From Auanema rhodensis (Eukaryota; Animalia; Nematoda), in assembly GCA_964057225.1 (NCBI GenBank), contig OZ059896.1:14942001-15006000 (forward strand): a DNA stretch of 64,000 nucleotides, written 5' to 3'. A program made the translations under genes and the position numbers. This document shows positions 8,701 through 19,400 of this stretch, piece by piece (the stretch's first letter is position 1; each line of letters starts with the position of its first letter). The notes beneath the pieces were generated by a model. That model was not told the origin of the DNA and searched no databases. It worked only from the letters and a program-made list of their open reading frames with translations.

Positions 8701-11700
8701 TTCGTGTCTTGGTGAGTCTTGGTTTTCTTGGTGGCATAAGTTGATATAAGTATTCTTCTAAAGATGGTGTTGTTTCTCCTGTAGCTAATGTAGTAGGTAT
8801 TTCCGCAAGTGAGTAAGCAATTTCTTTCGCGATTTCATAGTAGTCTCCTGTTTTGGTTGGTAGTATCTTCTTAAAATCCTTAATTGTGATCCGTTTGCTA
8901 AGTTTTTGCGTAAGTTCCTTATACGATAGATTATCGATCGCGATTTTTGTTGCTTCTCTTATTTCTGCTTCTCCTAGGGCGTGTAGAATGGCTATGTTGA
9001 CGTCTTCATATTTGTGCCATATAAGACGATTTTTGATAACATCAAAATTTATACCTAGGTATTTGAAGATTGCGATATACTTAGGTAACATATTTGTTAT
9101 GTTATTGAGATTGTAATGTATGTCAAGTCTTTTTCGTTGAATATAGGTTGTATATAGTAGAATCGTTCCAGTTTTGCTGGCTGAATATCTTAGCGAGGGG
9201 TATTGATGAACTGTCAAGAATCCTTTAGGGTATTCCGTGATTGCGTGTCTTCTTGATCGTCCTAAGCTTGAGGTTGAGTTGAAGGAGATTAGAGTTCCAC
9301 TATTTGTAGTAAATATATCTTTTTGTAAGCATGAGGAGGCTTCTTTTTCCGGTGTTTTATTGTTTAGAATAAAAGCACTTTGAATTCCGGGAATCAATAT
9401 GGTGTCTTCTGATATAAAAACTTCGTGAGAGCCTAATGAAGTGTACGAGCAACTATGTTTTTCTGATGGTGGGGTCCATATGATGAGAGCGTTGTTGGTT
9501 AGGCATTGTCCTTTGTCACTGGTGCATCCGTTGTCGTTTATGAATATATCTGAGAGTACTGTATTGTCTTGTAGGCTGGTCATGTGTCCTCGTTCAGCTA
9601 TGAATCTGGTACGTTGTTCGCATTCCTGTTTCCATATACCATTAGTAATAGTTGTATGTGGGAATGGAGTTCCATAGAGTCCTGGTGCTTCTCTTTGAAG
9701 GTTGTTACCGTTGAATATTCTTTCTTTAATAGCTGACGAACATTCTTGCAGTGTTGTTGGTGAAACTTTTGCTAGTGAGACATTAGTTTCTCTGATGAAG
9801 AAAACGTCGTGAATGCAGAGTTGGTAAGTTTCAATTGCACATTTCCATGCTTCCCATTCTTTTGGTTGTAGGTTTTGGATGAACAATTCTGCTGTAGTCT
9901 TCTGGATATGGTTATTAGTTGGTGCGATGAATCGGCAAGCTGTTGGAGATGGCGGCTCGACATATATTCCTCCTCTGTTTCCTGTGCATAACTGGTACGT
10001 TGTTTCTGCACTGCATGTGTTTATAATGAGTGCGATAATTGTGATAAAGAGGGGTAGAAATGGTGTTGATTTTCTTTTGTTGTTCGGTACTTCGTTTTCC
10101 GTGACGTTGTTGACTTGAAAACGTACTCCTGGGCTCTGTGTGCGTTCTCTATACCGTTCCGGTCCATTGGAGGTGCTGCGCGGGCGACTTCTATAATTGT
10201 TGTATTGGCTTCGATTGTATTGAGAGGGGTATTGTTCGTGATTATTTGATTGTCGCCGGTTGTTGTGTCCGCTATAGTTTTGGTCGCGGTTTCGATAGTA
10301 TGGTCTTTCTTGGCTTCTGTTCCGTGATCTGTCGAAGTAGTTTTGTCTTGATCCCTTATTTTGAGAGAATCGTGAGTTATGGTTCCTGTATTGGTGTTGA
10401 TGAGGCCGATATTGGTTGTTGTATCTGTCCGGATATCGGTTGTGTGGTTTGCCATTGCCATTATACATCGGTTTGGTTCCTTTGAAATCCTTAGATTCGT
10501 TTCTCTGGTATTGATTGTTGTCCTTTGAGTCTCGAATGTTGAGGTTGTTGAACGACTTCTCTATATTGTTGACAAACGATGTTGGTCTATTTTGTATAAA
10601 GAGTTCTTCTCGTAAGGCCATTTCGTAAGCTTCCTCAAAGTTTGGTGGGTCTAGACGGCTAACGTGTTCGCTTATTTCGGGTCTTAGTCCCCAGGTGAAG
10701 GTGGATCGGAGCATGTTAAGCTCACTTTCGTTGTTCATGTCCATAGCCGAGTAGGCTTCGTTAGAACATCTTGTTGCAAAGCTTTGTACCGATTCCGTTG
10801 GTAACTGTTTCAAGCCATGTAGGCGGTGCATTGCTCGTTCTCTCTGTTTTTTCGGTGTGATCATTTCTGAGAGTCGCTTCTTGACATGGTCCCATCCAAG
10901 TCGCTTATCTTCGGTTGTGAGTTTTCTGTACGCTTCTCTTGCTCGATCATCTTCTAGCAATAATTGTATGCTTTGAAGACGTTCGGGCATAGTTGTTCTT
11001 GTAGCGTTGAAGTGTTCATCTAGGTATAGTAGATAGCGGTTGAATGGTGTTTTTCCATCGTAGCGTGGAGCTTTTATATCGCGTATGGCGGACGGAATCG
11101 CTGCTGGTTGAGGGATGATTGTAGGTGTTGGAACAGGTGCCCTTCCCGAGGTTTGCGTAAGTGGTGCGCCTTCGTCCATTGGGTCCATTCTTGGGTTAAT
11201 TCTCTTGTTTTCTGCAACAAAAGTATTTGCTTGATTAGTTTGCGATGGAAGAGACGGAGATAGAGAATGCCCAGATGTAGAATGATCAATGGATGAAGGT
11301 GAGTTTCGTAGAGGTGGGGATGAGCTTACTGCGGGTGTGGTTGAAGAAAGTGCGGGCGTAGGTGATTTTTGTGTGGTTGGTGTATTGCTTCTTCTAGGGG
11401 TGGCTATTAAAGGATTGATTGGGTTGATTGTATTTGGTATGGTGTTGGTTGGGGGGTTTTGAGGGTTCCCTTTGCTTGCTATGTTTTTAGGAATAGGTTT
11501 AATGTTTGGGATAATTTTCTTTTCTAAGGTGTTTCTTTCGACTATGTCTGTTTTTTGTTTCTTCGTTTTTTCATGTGATTTGGGATTGGTGAATTGTTTT
11601 TGAATGCCGCGATGTCTTGGGGTATGTATTACCATTGACTTTGTTTTAATGCTTAACTTCGCTTGTTTTGCAGAGGGGGGAGAATATGTTGCGGGCGGTT

Positions 11701-11818
11701 GTCTTTTTCTTCTTATAATATTTGAAGTGGCAGCAGGGTCCAGCGGAGGTTTTGGACCAGTATTGGGCAGCATCGTTGGTATCCTGTAAGGAAATTTGTT
11801 ATATCCAACGTGTGCCAA
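5690..11818 (-). CDS. Gag-Env-protease-RT(N-terminus) polyprotein, 2042 aa (first ATG at 11773)
   Basis: Retrotransposon Gag core (PRYDG…LKQLPTESVQSF…FTWGLRPEI, ~10590-11070). Hydrophobic signal 10007-10060, Cys-rich ectodomain, TM 7010-7075. Protease LWDTGAS (6692-6700) and LLGIDF. RT N-terminus IEHSI…YRIP…IIEPSNS. No stop codon between these domains. Confidence 0.95.
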   Translation of the reverse strand: MAHVGYNKFPYRIPTMLPNTGPKPPLDPAATSNIIRRKRQPPATYSPPSAKQAKLSIKTKSMVIHTPRHRGIQKQFTNPKSHEKTKKQKTDIVERNTLEKKIIPNIKPIPKNIASKGNPQNPPTNTIPNTINPINPLIATPRRSNTPTTQKSPTPALSSTTPAVSSSPPLRNSPSSIDHSTSGHSLSPSLPSQTNQANTFVAENKRINPRMDPMDEGAPLTQTSGRAPVPTPTIIPQPAAIPSAIRDIKAPRYDGKTPFNRYLLYLDEHFNATRTTMPERLQSIQLLLEDDRAREAYRKLTTEDKRLGWDHVKKRLSEMITPKKQRERAMHRLHGLKQLPTESVQSFATRCSNEAYSAMDMNNESELNMLRSTFTWGLRPEISEHVSRLDPPNFEEAYEMALREELFIQNRPTSFVNNIEKSFNNLNIRDSKDNNQYQRNESKDFKGTKPMYNGNGKPHNRYPDRYNNQYRPHQHQYRNHNSRFSQNKGSRQNYFDRSRNRSQERPYYRNRDQNYSGHNNRRQSNNHEQYPSQYNRSQYNNYRSRPRSTSNGPERYRERTQSPGVRFQVNNVTENEVPNNKRKSTPFLPLFITIIALIINTCSAETTYQLCTGNRGGIYVEPPSPTACRFIAPTNNHIQKTTAELFIQNLQPKEWEAWKCAIETYQLCIHDVFFIRETNVSLAKVSPTTLQECSSAIKERIFNGNNLQREAPGLYGTPFPHTTITNGIWKQECEQRTRFIAERGHMTSLQDNTVLSDIFINDNGCTSDKGQCLTNNALIIWTPPSEKHSCSYTSLGSHEVFISEDTILIPGIQSAFILNNKTPEKEASSCLQKDIFTTNSGTLISFNSTSSLGRSRRHAITEYPKGFLTVHQYPSLRYSASKTGTILLYTTYIQRKRLDIHYNLNNITNMLPKYIAIFKYLGINFDVIKNRLIWHKYEDVNIAILHALGEAEIREATKIAIDNLSYKELTQKLSKRITIKDFKKILPTKTGDYYEIAKEIAYSLAEIPTTLATGETTPSLEEYLYQLMPPRKPRLTKTRNDLELYEQLAQAKIILNAINNPKKLHSKEEYEAEMKKWIKYEKELNLPPLQLPNYTVIFDGDEIFYGFRKRNPTNYSITQEDSEKFYNHYLPLISTPGTRPFATTIRSTSTPLQTTTTTTTTTPKPTTIRNVITSTITPKTHISTTTRPKPTIPTSSSTTTTTTTTTTTTSTTARPRSTTTTTPTTTTTIFTTHRPKQSFSTPQSTFNITTNPITITSSQEYNRKESLTKSPPPRTTKRSITTTRSTPEEISSHIGKKAHVDYLKAKNDIVQKWNEHLHQQETQSHLQYATTNLEDDIIRTFTTNRNNICHVQNKQLLTWWAILQINPTIGMRTMLRRQDISARFINDKLIYVMPCTPIQITKTYRDHKVNSTCFLETPVETEHHGQLFILPGTRDLTPMAHAIPCGFTIKDPWKENDQWTNNNQSINVTSPAYIDELGSINLEHIKFNGSNIFNNLTESTFPMALAISYGSSLATLQATLPGRIKPVIKQRLIPNMNPVTLTAGAASSLLLSYEHTKEAITWKMFDFLSPIWEKIQTWTLRVLAIIGSIIITIGIITLATWIIKIYACSSRIPINNVKWEAEYLQPLSTENTRTETSHPSPSAPYVDNHHNSCQLTLYDPSAPIPEHIYEAYFPTSMKKENINYIGGSQLPFVPISIHNHIFKALWDTGASASYMRESTFKQLPAATMVLKQTTAIVANKSKFSFMGYTRILITIGTTETEHKFYVAEDNYCPAPVLLGIDFMEALHQQGIYTSLRPLDKTIVIGTTHVPLARETSPWEHQTTKAYVVSLENKTLRPGETRTLTLEVHDPESYEQAFLDCKKPGNKLSFTPTIFTPTGYGVQIYATNICKQPLEIQMNQEIGIAEAIPKDNQEKYEGQYIPPEARWEEQLPYFPDNFINELDLSEACFSQIEQQQLKEIILLHKQAFLNEDRNIGLFLGPIEHSIPIMPGKTPSFKITYRIPLSQQEEVEKQIEEMLQQRIIEPSNSMTNSSNFGEEERQNL
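7010..10060 (-). other. env: Envelope glycoprotein region, herpesvirus gB-like class III fusogen
   Basis: Signal peptide, furin site RSRR (9248-9259), several N-x-S/T sequons and a TM anchor. The block LQY…ICHVQNKQLLTWW…INP…ISARFIND…PCTP…CFLETPV follows the gB domain III/IV pattern LQF…WC..QN…W…NP…SAR..GD…C.P…CY..P. Recognised by eye, not searched. Confidence 0.8.
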
Positions 11819-13014
11819 AATAATTTTATATATAGAAAAACGTAAAGAATAATGTTGGGTTTGTGTGCGCGATTCTTATGAAGGTAGCTAGTCTTGCAAG
11901 TAATCTCTTTACCAATATAGCTCGTCCGGGTCTAACACAGGTTTGAAACTAGTGTGCCTTTTCAAAGGGACAAGTTCTATATTGTGAAAAAGGCATGAAA
12001 TGAAAGTTAATAGTTCGCCAGTCTTTTGGGACAAGGATACAAAATAGAATTTTCGCAATCATTTCATTTTCCCAGACCTCATTAACCTATCTGAGTCACA
12101 GGTATGTCAGCTGCCTTCTGCATCCTGCTCCCTGACTCTATGATGGCGAGACCACTCTTATTATTTATATCAATGTGGGGCAGATTTCAATTCAAAAATT
12201 TTCTAATTATTTCATGGGGCGTACGTCTTATCCTGAGTGTCGGCCTCCGCTCGAGTCTCTTGAGTGTCTGGCATTATTCTTAACGAGGGGGGGATGGTTT
12301 TTGCGTATAAGTTAAAACTTATTGATTAATTTAATTATTTTTCGTTTTTTTTTTCAGGTGCTAAGGTAATCGGAATTTGGATACGCTGCGCCTAATAAAT
12401 ATTTTTACTGTCGTGTTTAACACGGGATTTCTTGCTTATGAAATTACGGGGGGGGGAAGGGGTGGGTTTATGAGAATACAGTGTAGTAGTATAAGAATAA
12501 TAGTTTTATAAACGAACATAAAGAAAATAATGAAAATATGGTATGATAGGATGATTAAATAGTATGATAAGATGAAGATTGAGGTAATATGATAAGATGA
12601 TTAAGATTGAGAGGTATAGAAGCAATATTCCTTTTTATTTCTTAATTCTAAATTAATTTTATAAAGAACTTAACTATTTTTGTTCAAAAAATGTGAAAAT
12701 AAACTTATAATTCTTAGAAAAGTTAATTATTGAATTTGAATAATTTTCGTATATAGGATTTTGGATAGAGAGAATGATAAATGATATAAGTACTCTTATG
12801 AATAATTGAAAATGATTTATGAGAATATAATGAATGGAAAACTGAGTTTTTGTAAAGAGTTTTTGGATATAATTTTTAATAGAAAAGTTTTAGAGTTTTT
12901 AAGAAAATATTATAAGCTAACTTTAAGAGAGAGATAAGATTTTTAATTTAATTGAATAAGAGATGTAGACGGTAGCGCTTGAGTTCCTTTACGAGATCCT
13001 GTCCAAAAGGAAGG

Positions 13015-13032
13015 ATCTCGGCGGAACCTCCA
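13015..13032 (-). promoter_or_regulatory. Primer-binding site, tRNA-Gln
   Basis: TGGAGGTTCCGCCGAGAT directly after the 5' LTR; complementary to the tRNA-Gln 3' end …ATCTCGGTGGAACCTCCA with one G:U pair. Confidence 0.85.
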
Positions 13033-13449
13033 CGTTCTATTTAGATCCTCAATGGTTCCAAGTTGAGATATCCAAACAGACTATGAGACGATGAGTATGA
13101 TTTTAAATATAAGTGTGTAATGTAAGGTGAAATAAGAAACAAAAGATGAAATGTATAAAGGTTTATTGTTCGCATTATAATATAATTATACAAAGATTAA
13201 AGCTAGAGTTAAGAAAGAGAATATAAAGAAGATAAAGAGAAAGTAAGATAATGAGATAATGAGATGCCTGAGTCTTGAGGACTCAGGTTTATATATCCAT
13301 ACAACTCCTACTCAGTTTACACAAATTGTTACAAAGTTTATAAAAAGTGCATCTAGAATATTCTCAGAATTGCTTAAAAACTATCTGCATTAGTTTAATA
13401 ATAGCAGCTGCCATGGTCAGCTGCTTTCCTTTGAGATATGTATGTAACA
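13033..13449 (-). repeat. 5' LTR of element 1
   Basis: 417 bp; direct repeat of 3068-3481; followed by the PBS in the sense direction. Confidence 0.97.
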
Positions 13450-16400
13450 AAAAGAAACTCCGTCGAGCCGGATTCGAACCAGCGACCTAAGGATATCTAC
13501 TCTTCTACAGTCCTCCGCTCTACCAACTGAGCTATCGACGGAACGAATCTGTTGTTTTCCGAAGTGATTGTCAATAACTACTATAATCTATATTGAAAAT
13601 CGGAAAAAGAGAAGAAACTCCGTCGAGCCTAACTTCTACAATCCTCCGCTCTACCAACTGAGTTATCGACGGAACGAATCTGTTCTTTTCAGAGGTTATT
13701 GTCAATAACTGCTATAATCAATATTTTAAATGGAAGAAAAAGAAAAGAAACTCCGTCGAGCCGGATTCGAACCAGCGACCTAAGGATATCTACACTTCTA
13801 CAGTCCTCCGCTCTACCAACTGAGCTATCGACGGAACGAATCTGTTGTTTTCAGAGGTTATTGTCAATAACTGATATCTACACTTCTACAGTCCTCCGCT
13901 CTACCAACCGAGCTATCGACGGAACGAATCTGTTGTTTTCCAAAGTGATTGTCAATAACTACTATAATCTATATTGAAAATCGAAAAAAGAAAAGAAACT
14001 CCGTCGAGCCGGATTCGAACCAGCGACCTAAGGATATCTACACTTCTACAGTCCTCCGCTCTACCAACTGAGCTATCCACGGAACGAATCTGTTGTTTTC
14101 CGAAGTGATTGTCAATAACTACTATAATCTATATTGAAAATCGAAAAAAGAAAAGAAACTCCGTCGAGCCTAACTTCTACAATCCTCCGCTCTACCAACT
14201 GAGTTATCGACGGAACGAATCTGTTCTTTTCAGAGGTTATTGTCAATAACTGCTATAATCAATATTTTAAATGGGAGAAAAAGAAAAGAAACTCCGTCGA
14301 GCCGGATTCGAACCAGCGACCTAAGGATATCTACACTTCTACAGTCCTCCGCTCTACCAACTGAGCTATCGACGGAACGAATCTGTTGTTTTCAGAGCTT
14401 ATTGTCAATAACTGATATCTACACTTCTACAGTCCTCCGCTCTACCAACCGAGCTATCGACGGAACGAATCTGTTGTTTTCCAAAGTGATTGTCAATAAC
14501 TACTATAATCTATATTGAAAATCGAAAAAAGAAAAGAAACTCCGTCGAGCCTAACTTCTACAATCCTCCGCTCTACCAACTGAGCTATCGACGGAACGAA
14601 GCTGTTGTTTTCAGAGGTTATTGTCAATAACTGCTATAATCAATATTTTAAATGGAAGAAAAAGAAAAGAAACTCCGTCGAGCCGGATTCGAACCAGCGA
14701 CCTAAGGATATCTACACTTCTACAGTCCTCCGCTCTACCAACTGAGCTATCGACGGAACGAATCTGTTGTTTTCAGAGGTTATTGTCAATAACTGCTATA
14801 ATCAATATTTTAAATGAAAGAAAAAGAAAAGAAACTCCGTCGAGCCGGATTCGAACCAGCGACCTAAGGATATCTACACTTCTACAGTCCTCCGCTCTAC
14901 CAACTGAGCTATCGACGGAACGAATCTGTTGTTTTCAGAGGTTATTGTCAATAACTGATATCTACACTTCTACAGTCCTCCGCTCTACCAACCGAGCTAT
15001 CGACGGAACGAATCTGTTGTTTTCCAAAGTGATTGTCAATAACTACTATAATCTATATTGAAAATCGAAAAAAGAAAAGAAACTCCGTCGAGCCTAACTT
15101 CTACAATCCTCCGCTCTACCAACGGAGCTATCGACGGAACGAATCTGTTCTTTTCAGAGGTTATTGTCAATAACTGCTATAATCAATATTTTAAATGGAA
15201 GAAAAAGAAAAGAAACTCCGTCGAGCCGGATTCGAACCAGCGACCTAAGGATATCTACACTTCTACAGTCCTCCGCTCTACCAACTGAGCTATCGACGGA
15301 ACGAATCTGTTGTTTTCAGAGCTTATTGTCAATAACTGCTATAATCAATATTTTAAATGAAAGAAAAAGAAAAGAAACTCCGTCGAGCCGGATTCGAACC
15401 AGCGACCTAAGGATATCTACTCTTCTACAGTCCTCCGCTCTACCAACTGAGCTATCGACGGAACGAATCTGTTGTTTTCCGAAGTGATTGTCAATAACTA
15501 CTATAATTTATATTGAAAATCGGAAAAAGAGAAGAAACTCCGTCGAGCCTAACTTCTACAATCCTCCGCTCTACCAACTGAGTTATCGACGGAACGAATC
15601 TGTTCTTTTCAGAGGTTATTGTAAATAACTGCTATAATCAATATTTTAAATGGAAGAAAAAGAAAAGAAACTCCGTCGAGCCGGATTCGAACCAGCGACC
15701 TAAGGATATCTACACTTCTACAGTCCTCCGCTCTACCAACTGAGCTATCGACGGAACGAATCTGTTGTTTTCCAAAGTGATTGTCAATAACTACTATAAT
15801 CTATATTGAAAATCGAAAAAAGAGAAGAAACTCCGTCGAGCCTAACTTCTACAATCCTCCGCTCTACCAACTGAGTTATCGACGGAACGAATCTGTTCTT
15901 TTCAGAGGTTATTGTCAATAACTGCTATAATCAATATTTTAAATGGGAGAAAAAGAAAAGAAACTCCGTCGAGCCGGATTCGAACCAGCGACCTAAGGAT
16001 ATCTACACTTCTACAGTCCTCCGCTCTACCAACTGAGCTATCGACGGAACGAATCTGTTGTTTTCAGAGCTTATTGTCAATAACTGATATCTACACTTCT
16101 ACAGTCCTCCGCTCTACCAACCGAGCTATCGACGGAACGAATCTGTTGTTTTCCAAAGTGATTGTCAATAACTACTATAATCTATATTGAAAATCGAAAA
16201 AAGAAAAGAAACTCCGTCGAGCCTAACTTCTACAATCCTCCGCTCTACCAACTGAGCTATCGACGGAACGAAGCTGTTGTTTTCAGAGGTTATTGTCAAT
16301 AACTGCTATAATCAATATTTTAAATGGAAGAAAAAGAAAAGAAACTCCGTCGAGCCGGATTCGAACCAGCGACCTAAGGATATCTACACTTCTACAGTCC

Positions 16401-19400
16401 TCCGCTCTACCAACTGAGCTATCGACGGAACGAATCTGTTGTTTTCAGAGGTTATTGTCAATAACTGCTATAATCAATATTTTAAATGAAAGAAAAAGAA
16501 AAGAAACTCCGTCGAGCCGGATTCGAACCAGCGACCTAAGGATATCTACACTTCTACAGTCCTCCGCTCTACCAACTGAGCTATCGACGGAACGAATCTG
16601 TTGTTTTCAGAGGTTATTGTCAATAACTGATATCTACACTTCTACAGTCCTCCGCTCTACCAACCGACCTATCGACGGAACGAATCTGTTGTTTTCCAAA
16701 GTGATTGTCAATAACTACTATAATCTATATTGAAAATCGAAAAAAGAGAAGAAACTCCGTCGAGCCTAACTTCTACAATCCTCCGCTCTACCAACTGAGT
16801 TATCGACGGAACGAATCTGTTCTTTTCAGAGGTTATTGTCAATAACTGCTATAATCAATATTTTAAATGGGAGAAAAAGAAAAGAAACTCCGTCGAGCCG
16901 GATTCGAACCAGCGACCTAAGGATATCTACACTTCTACAGTCCTCCGCTCTACCAACCGAGCTATCGACGGAACGAATCTGTTGTTTTCCAAAGTGATTG
17001 TCAATAACTACTATAATCTATATTGAAAATCGAAAAAAGAGAAGAACCTCCGTCGAGCCTAACTTCTACAATCCTCCGCTCTACCAACTGAGTTATCGAC
17101 GGAACGAATCTGTTCTTTTCAGAGGTTATTGTCAATAACTGCTATAATCAATATTTTAAATGGGAGAAAAAGAAAAGAAACTCCGTCGAGCCGGATTCGA
17201 ACCAGCGACCTAAGGATATCTACACTTCTACAGTCCTCCGCTCTACCAACCGAGCTATCGACGGAACGAATCTGTTGTTTTCCAAAGTGATTGTCAATAA
17301 CTACTATAATCTATATTGAAAATCGAAAAAAGAAAAGAAACTCCGTCGAGCCTAACTTCTACAATCCTCCGCTCTACCAACTGAGCTATCGACGGAACGA
17401 AGCTGTTGTTTTCAGAGGTTATTGTCAATAACTGCTATAATCAATATTTTAAATGGAAGAAAAAGAAAAGAAACTCCGTCGAGCCGGATTCGAACCAGCG
17501 ACCTAAGGATATCTACACTTCTACAGTCCTCCGCTCTACCAACTGAGCTATCGACGGAACGAATCTGTTGTTTTCAGAGGTTATTGTCAATAACTGCTAT
17601 AATCAATATTTTAAATGAAAGAAAAAGAAAAGAAACTCCGTCGAGCCGGATTCGAACCAGCGACCTAAGGATATCTACACTTCTACAGTCCTCCGCTCTA
17701 CCAACTGAGCTATCGACGGAACGAATCTGTTGTTTTCAGAGGTTATTGTCAATAACTGATATCTACACTTCTACAGTCCTCCGCTCTACCAACCGAGCTA
17801 TCGACGGAACGAATCTGTTGTTTTCCAAAGTGATTGTCAATAACTACTATAATCTATATTGAAAATCGAAAAAAGAGAAGAAACTCCGTCGAGCCTAACT
17901 TCTACAATCCTCCGCTCTACCAACTGAGTTATCGACGGAACGAATCTGTTCTTTTCAGAGGTTATTGTCAATAACTGCTATAATCAATATTTTAAATGGG
18001 AGAAAAAGAAAAGAAACTCCGTCGAGCCGGATTCGAACCAGCGACCTAAGGATATCTACACTTCTACAGTCCTCCGCTCTACCAACCGAGCTATCGACGG
18101 AACGAATCTGTTGTTTTCCAAAGTGATTGTCAATAACTACTATAATCTATATTGAAAATCGAAAAAAGAGAAGAACCTCCGTCGAGCCTAACTTCTACAA
18201 TCCTCCGCTCTACCAACTGAGTTATCGACGGAACGAATCTGTTCTTTTCAGAGGTTATTGTCAATAACTGATATCTACACTTCTACAGTCCTCCGCTCTA
18301 CCAACCGAGCTATCGACGGAACGAATCTGTTGTTTTCCAAAGTGATTGTCAATAACTACTATAATCTATATTGAAAATCGAAAAAAGAGAAGAAACTCCG
18401 TCGAGCCTAACTTCTACAATCCTCCGCTCTACCAACTGAGTTATCGACGGAACGAATCTGTTGTTTTCAGAGGTTATTGTCAATAACTGCTATAATCAAT
18501 ATTTTAAATGAAAGAAAAAGAAAAGAAACTCCGTCGAGCCGGATTCGAACCAGCGACCTAAGGATATCTACACTTCTACAGTCCTCCGCTCTACCAACTG
18601 AGCTATCGACGGAACGAATCTGTTGTTTTCCAAAGTGATTGTCAATAACTGCTATAATCAATATTTTAAATGAAAGAAAAAGAAAAGAAACTCCGTCGAG
18701 CCGGATTCGAACCAGCGACCTAAGGATATCTACACTTCTACAGTCCTCCGCTCTACCAACTGAGCTATCGACGGAACGAATCTGTTGTTTTCCAAAGTGA
18801 TTGTCAATAACTGCTATAATCAATATTTTAAATGAAAGAAAAAGAAAAGAAACTCCGTCGAGCCGGATTCGAACCAGCGACCTAAGGATATCTACACTTC
18901 TACAGTCCTCCGCTCTACCAACTGAGCTATCGACGGAACGAATCTGTTGTTTTCAGAGGTTATTGTCAATAACTGATATCTACACTTCTACAGTCCTCCG
19001 CTCTACCAACCGAGCTATCGACGGAACGAATCTGTTGTTTTCCAAAGTGATTGTCAATAACTACTATAATCTATATTGAAAATCGAAAAAAGAGAAGAAC
19101 CTCCGTCGAGCCTAACTTCTACAATCCTCCGCTCTACCAACTGAGTTATCGACGGAACGAATCTGTTCTTTTCAGAGGTTATTGTCAATAACTGCTATAA
19201 TCAATATTTTAAATGGAAGAAAAAGAAAAGAAACTCCGTCGAGCCGGATTCGAACCAGCGACCTAAGGATATCTACACTTCTACAGTCCTCCGCTCTACC
19301 AACTGAGCTATCGACGGAACGAATCTGTTGTTTTCGGAGGTTATTGTCAATAACTGATATCTACACTTCTACTGTCCTCCGCTCTACCAACCGAGCTATC

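Larger units (their letters stand above)
3068..13449 (-). mobile_element. Ty3/Gypsy (Metaviridae) LTR retroelement carrying an envelope gene; defective copy
   Basis: Two LTRs (414/417 bp), 4-bp TSD AAAA (3064-3067 and 13450-13453), PBS, Gag, and PR-RT-RH-IN domain order. Confidence 0.97.
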
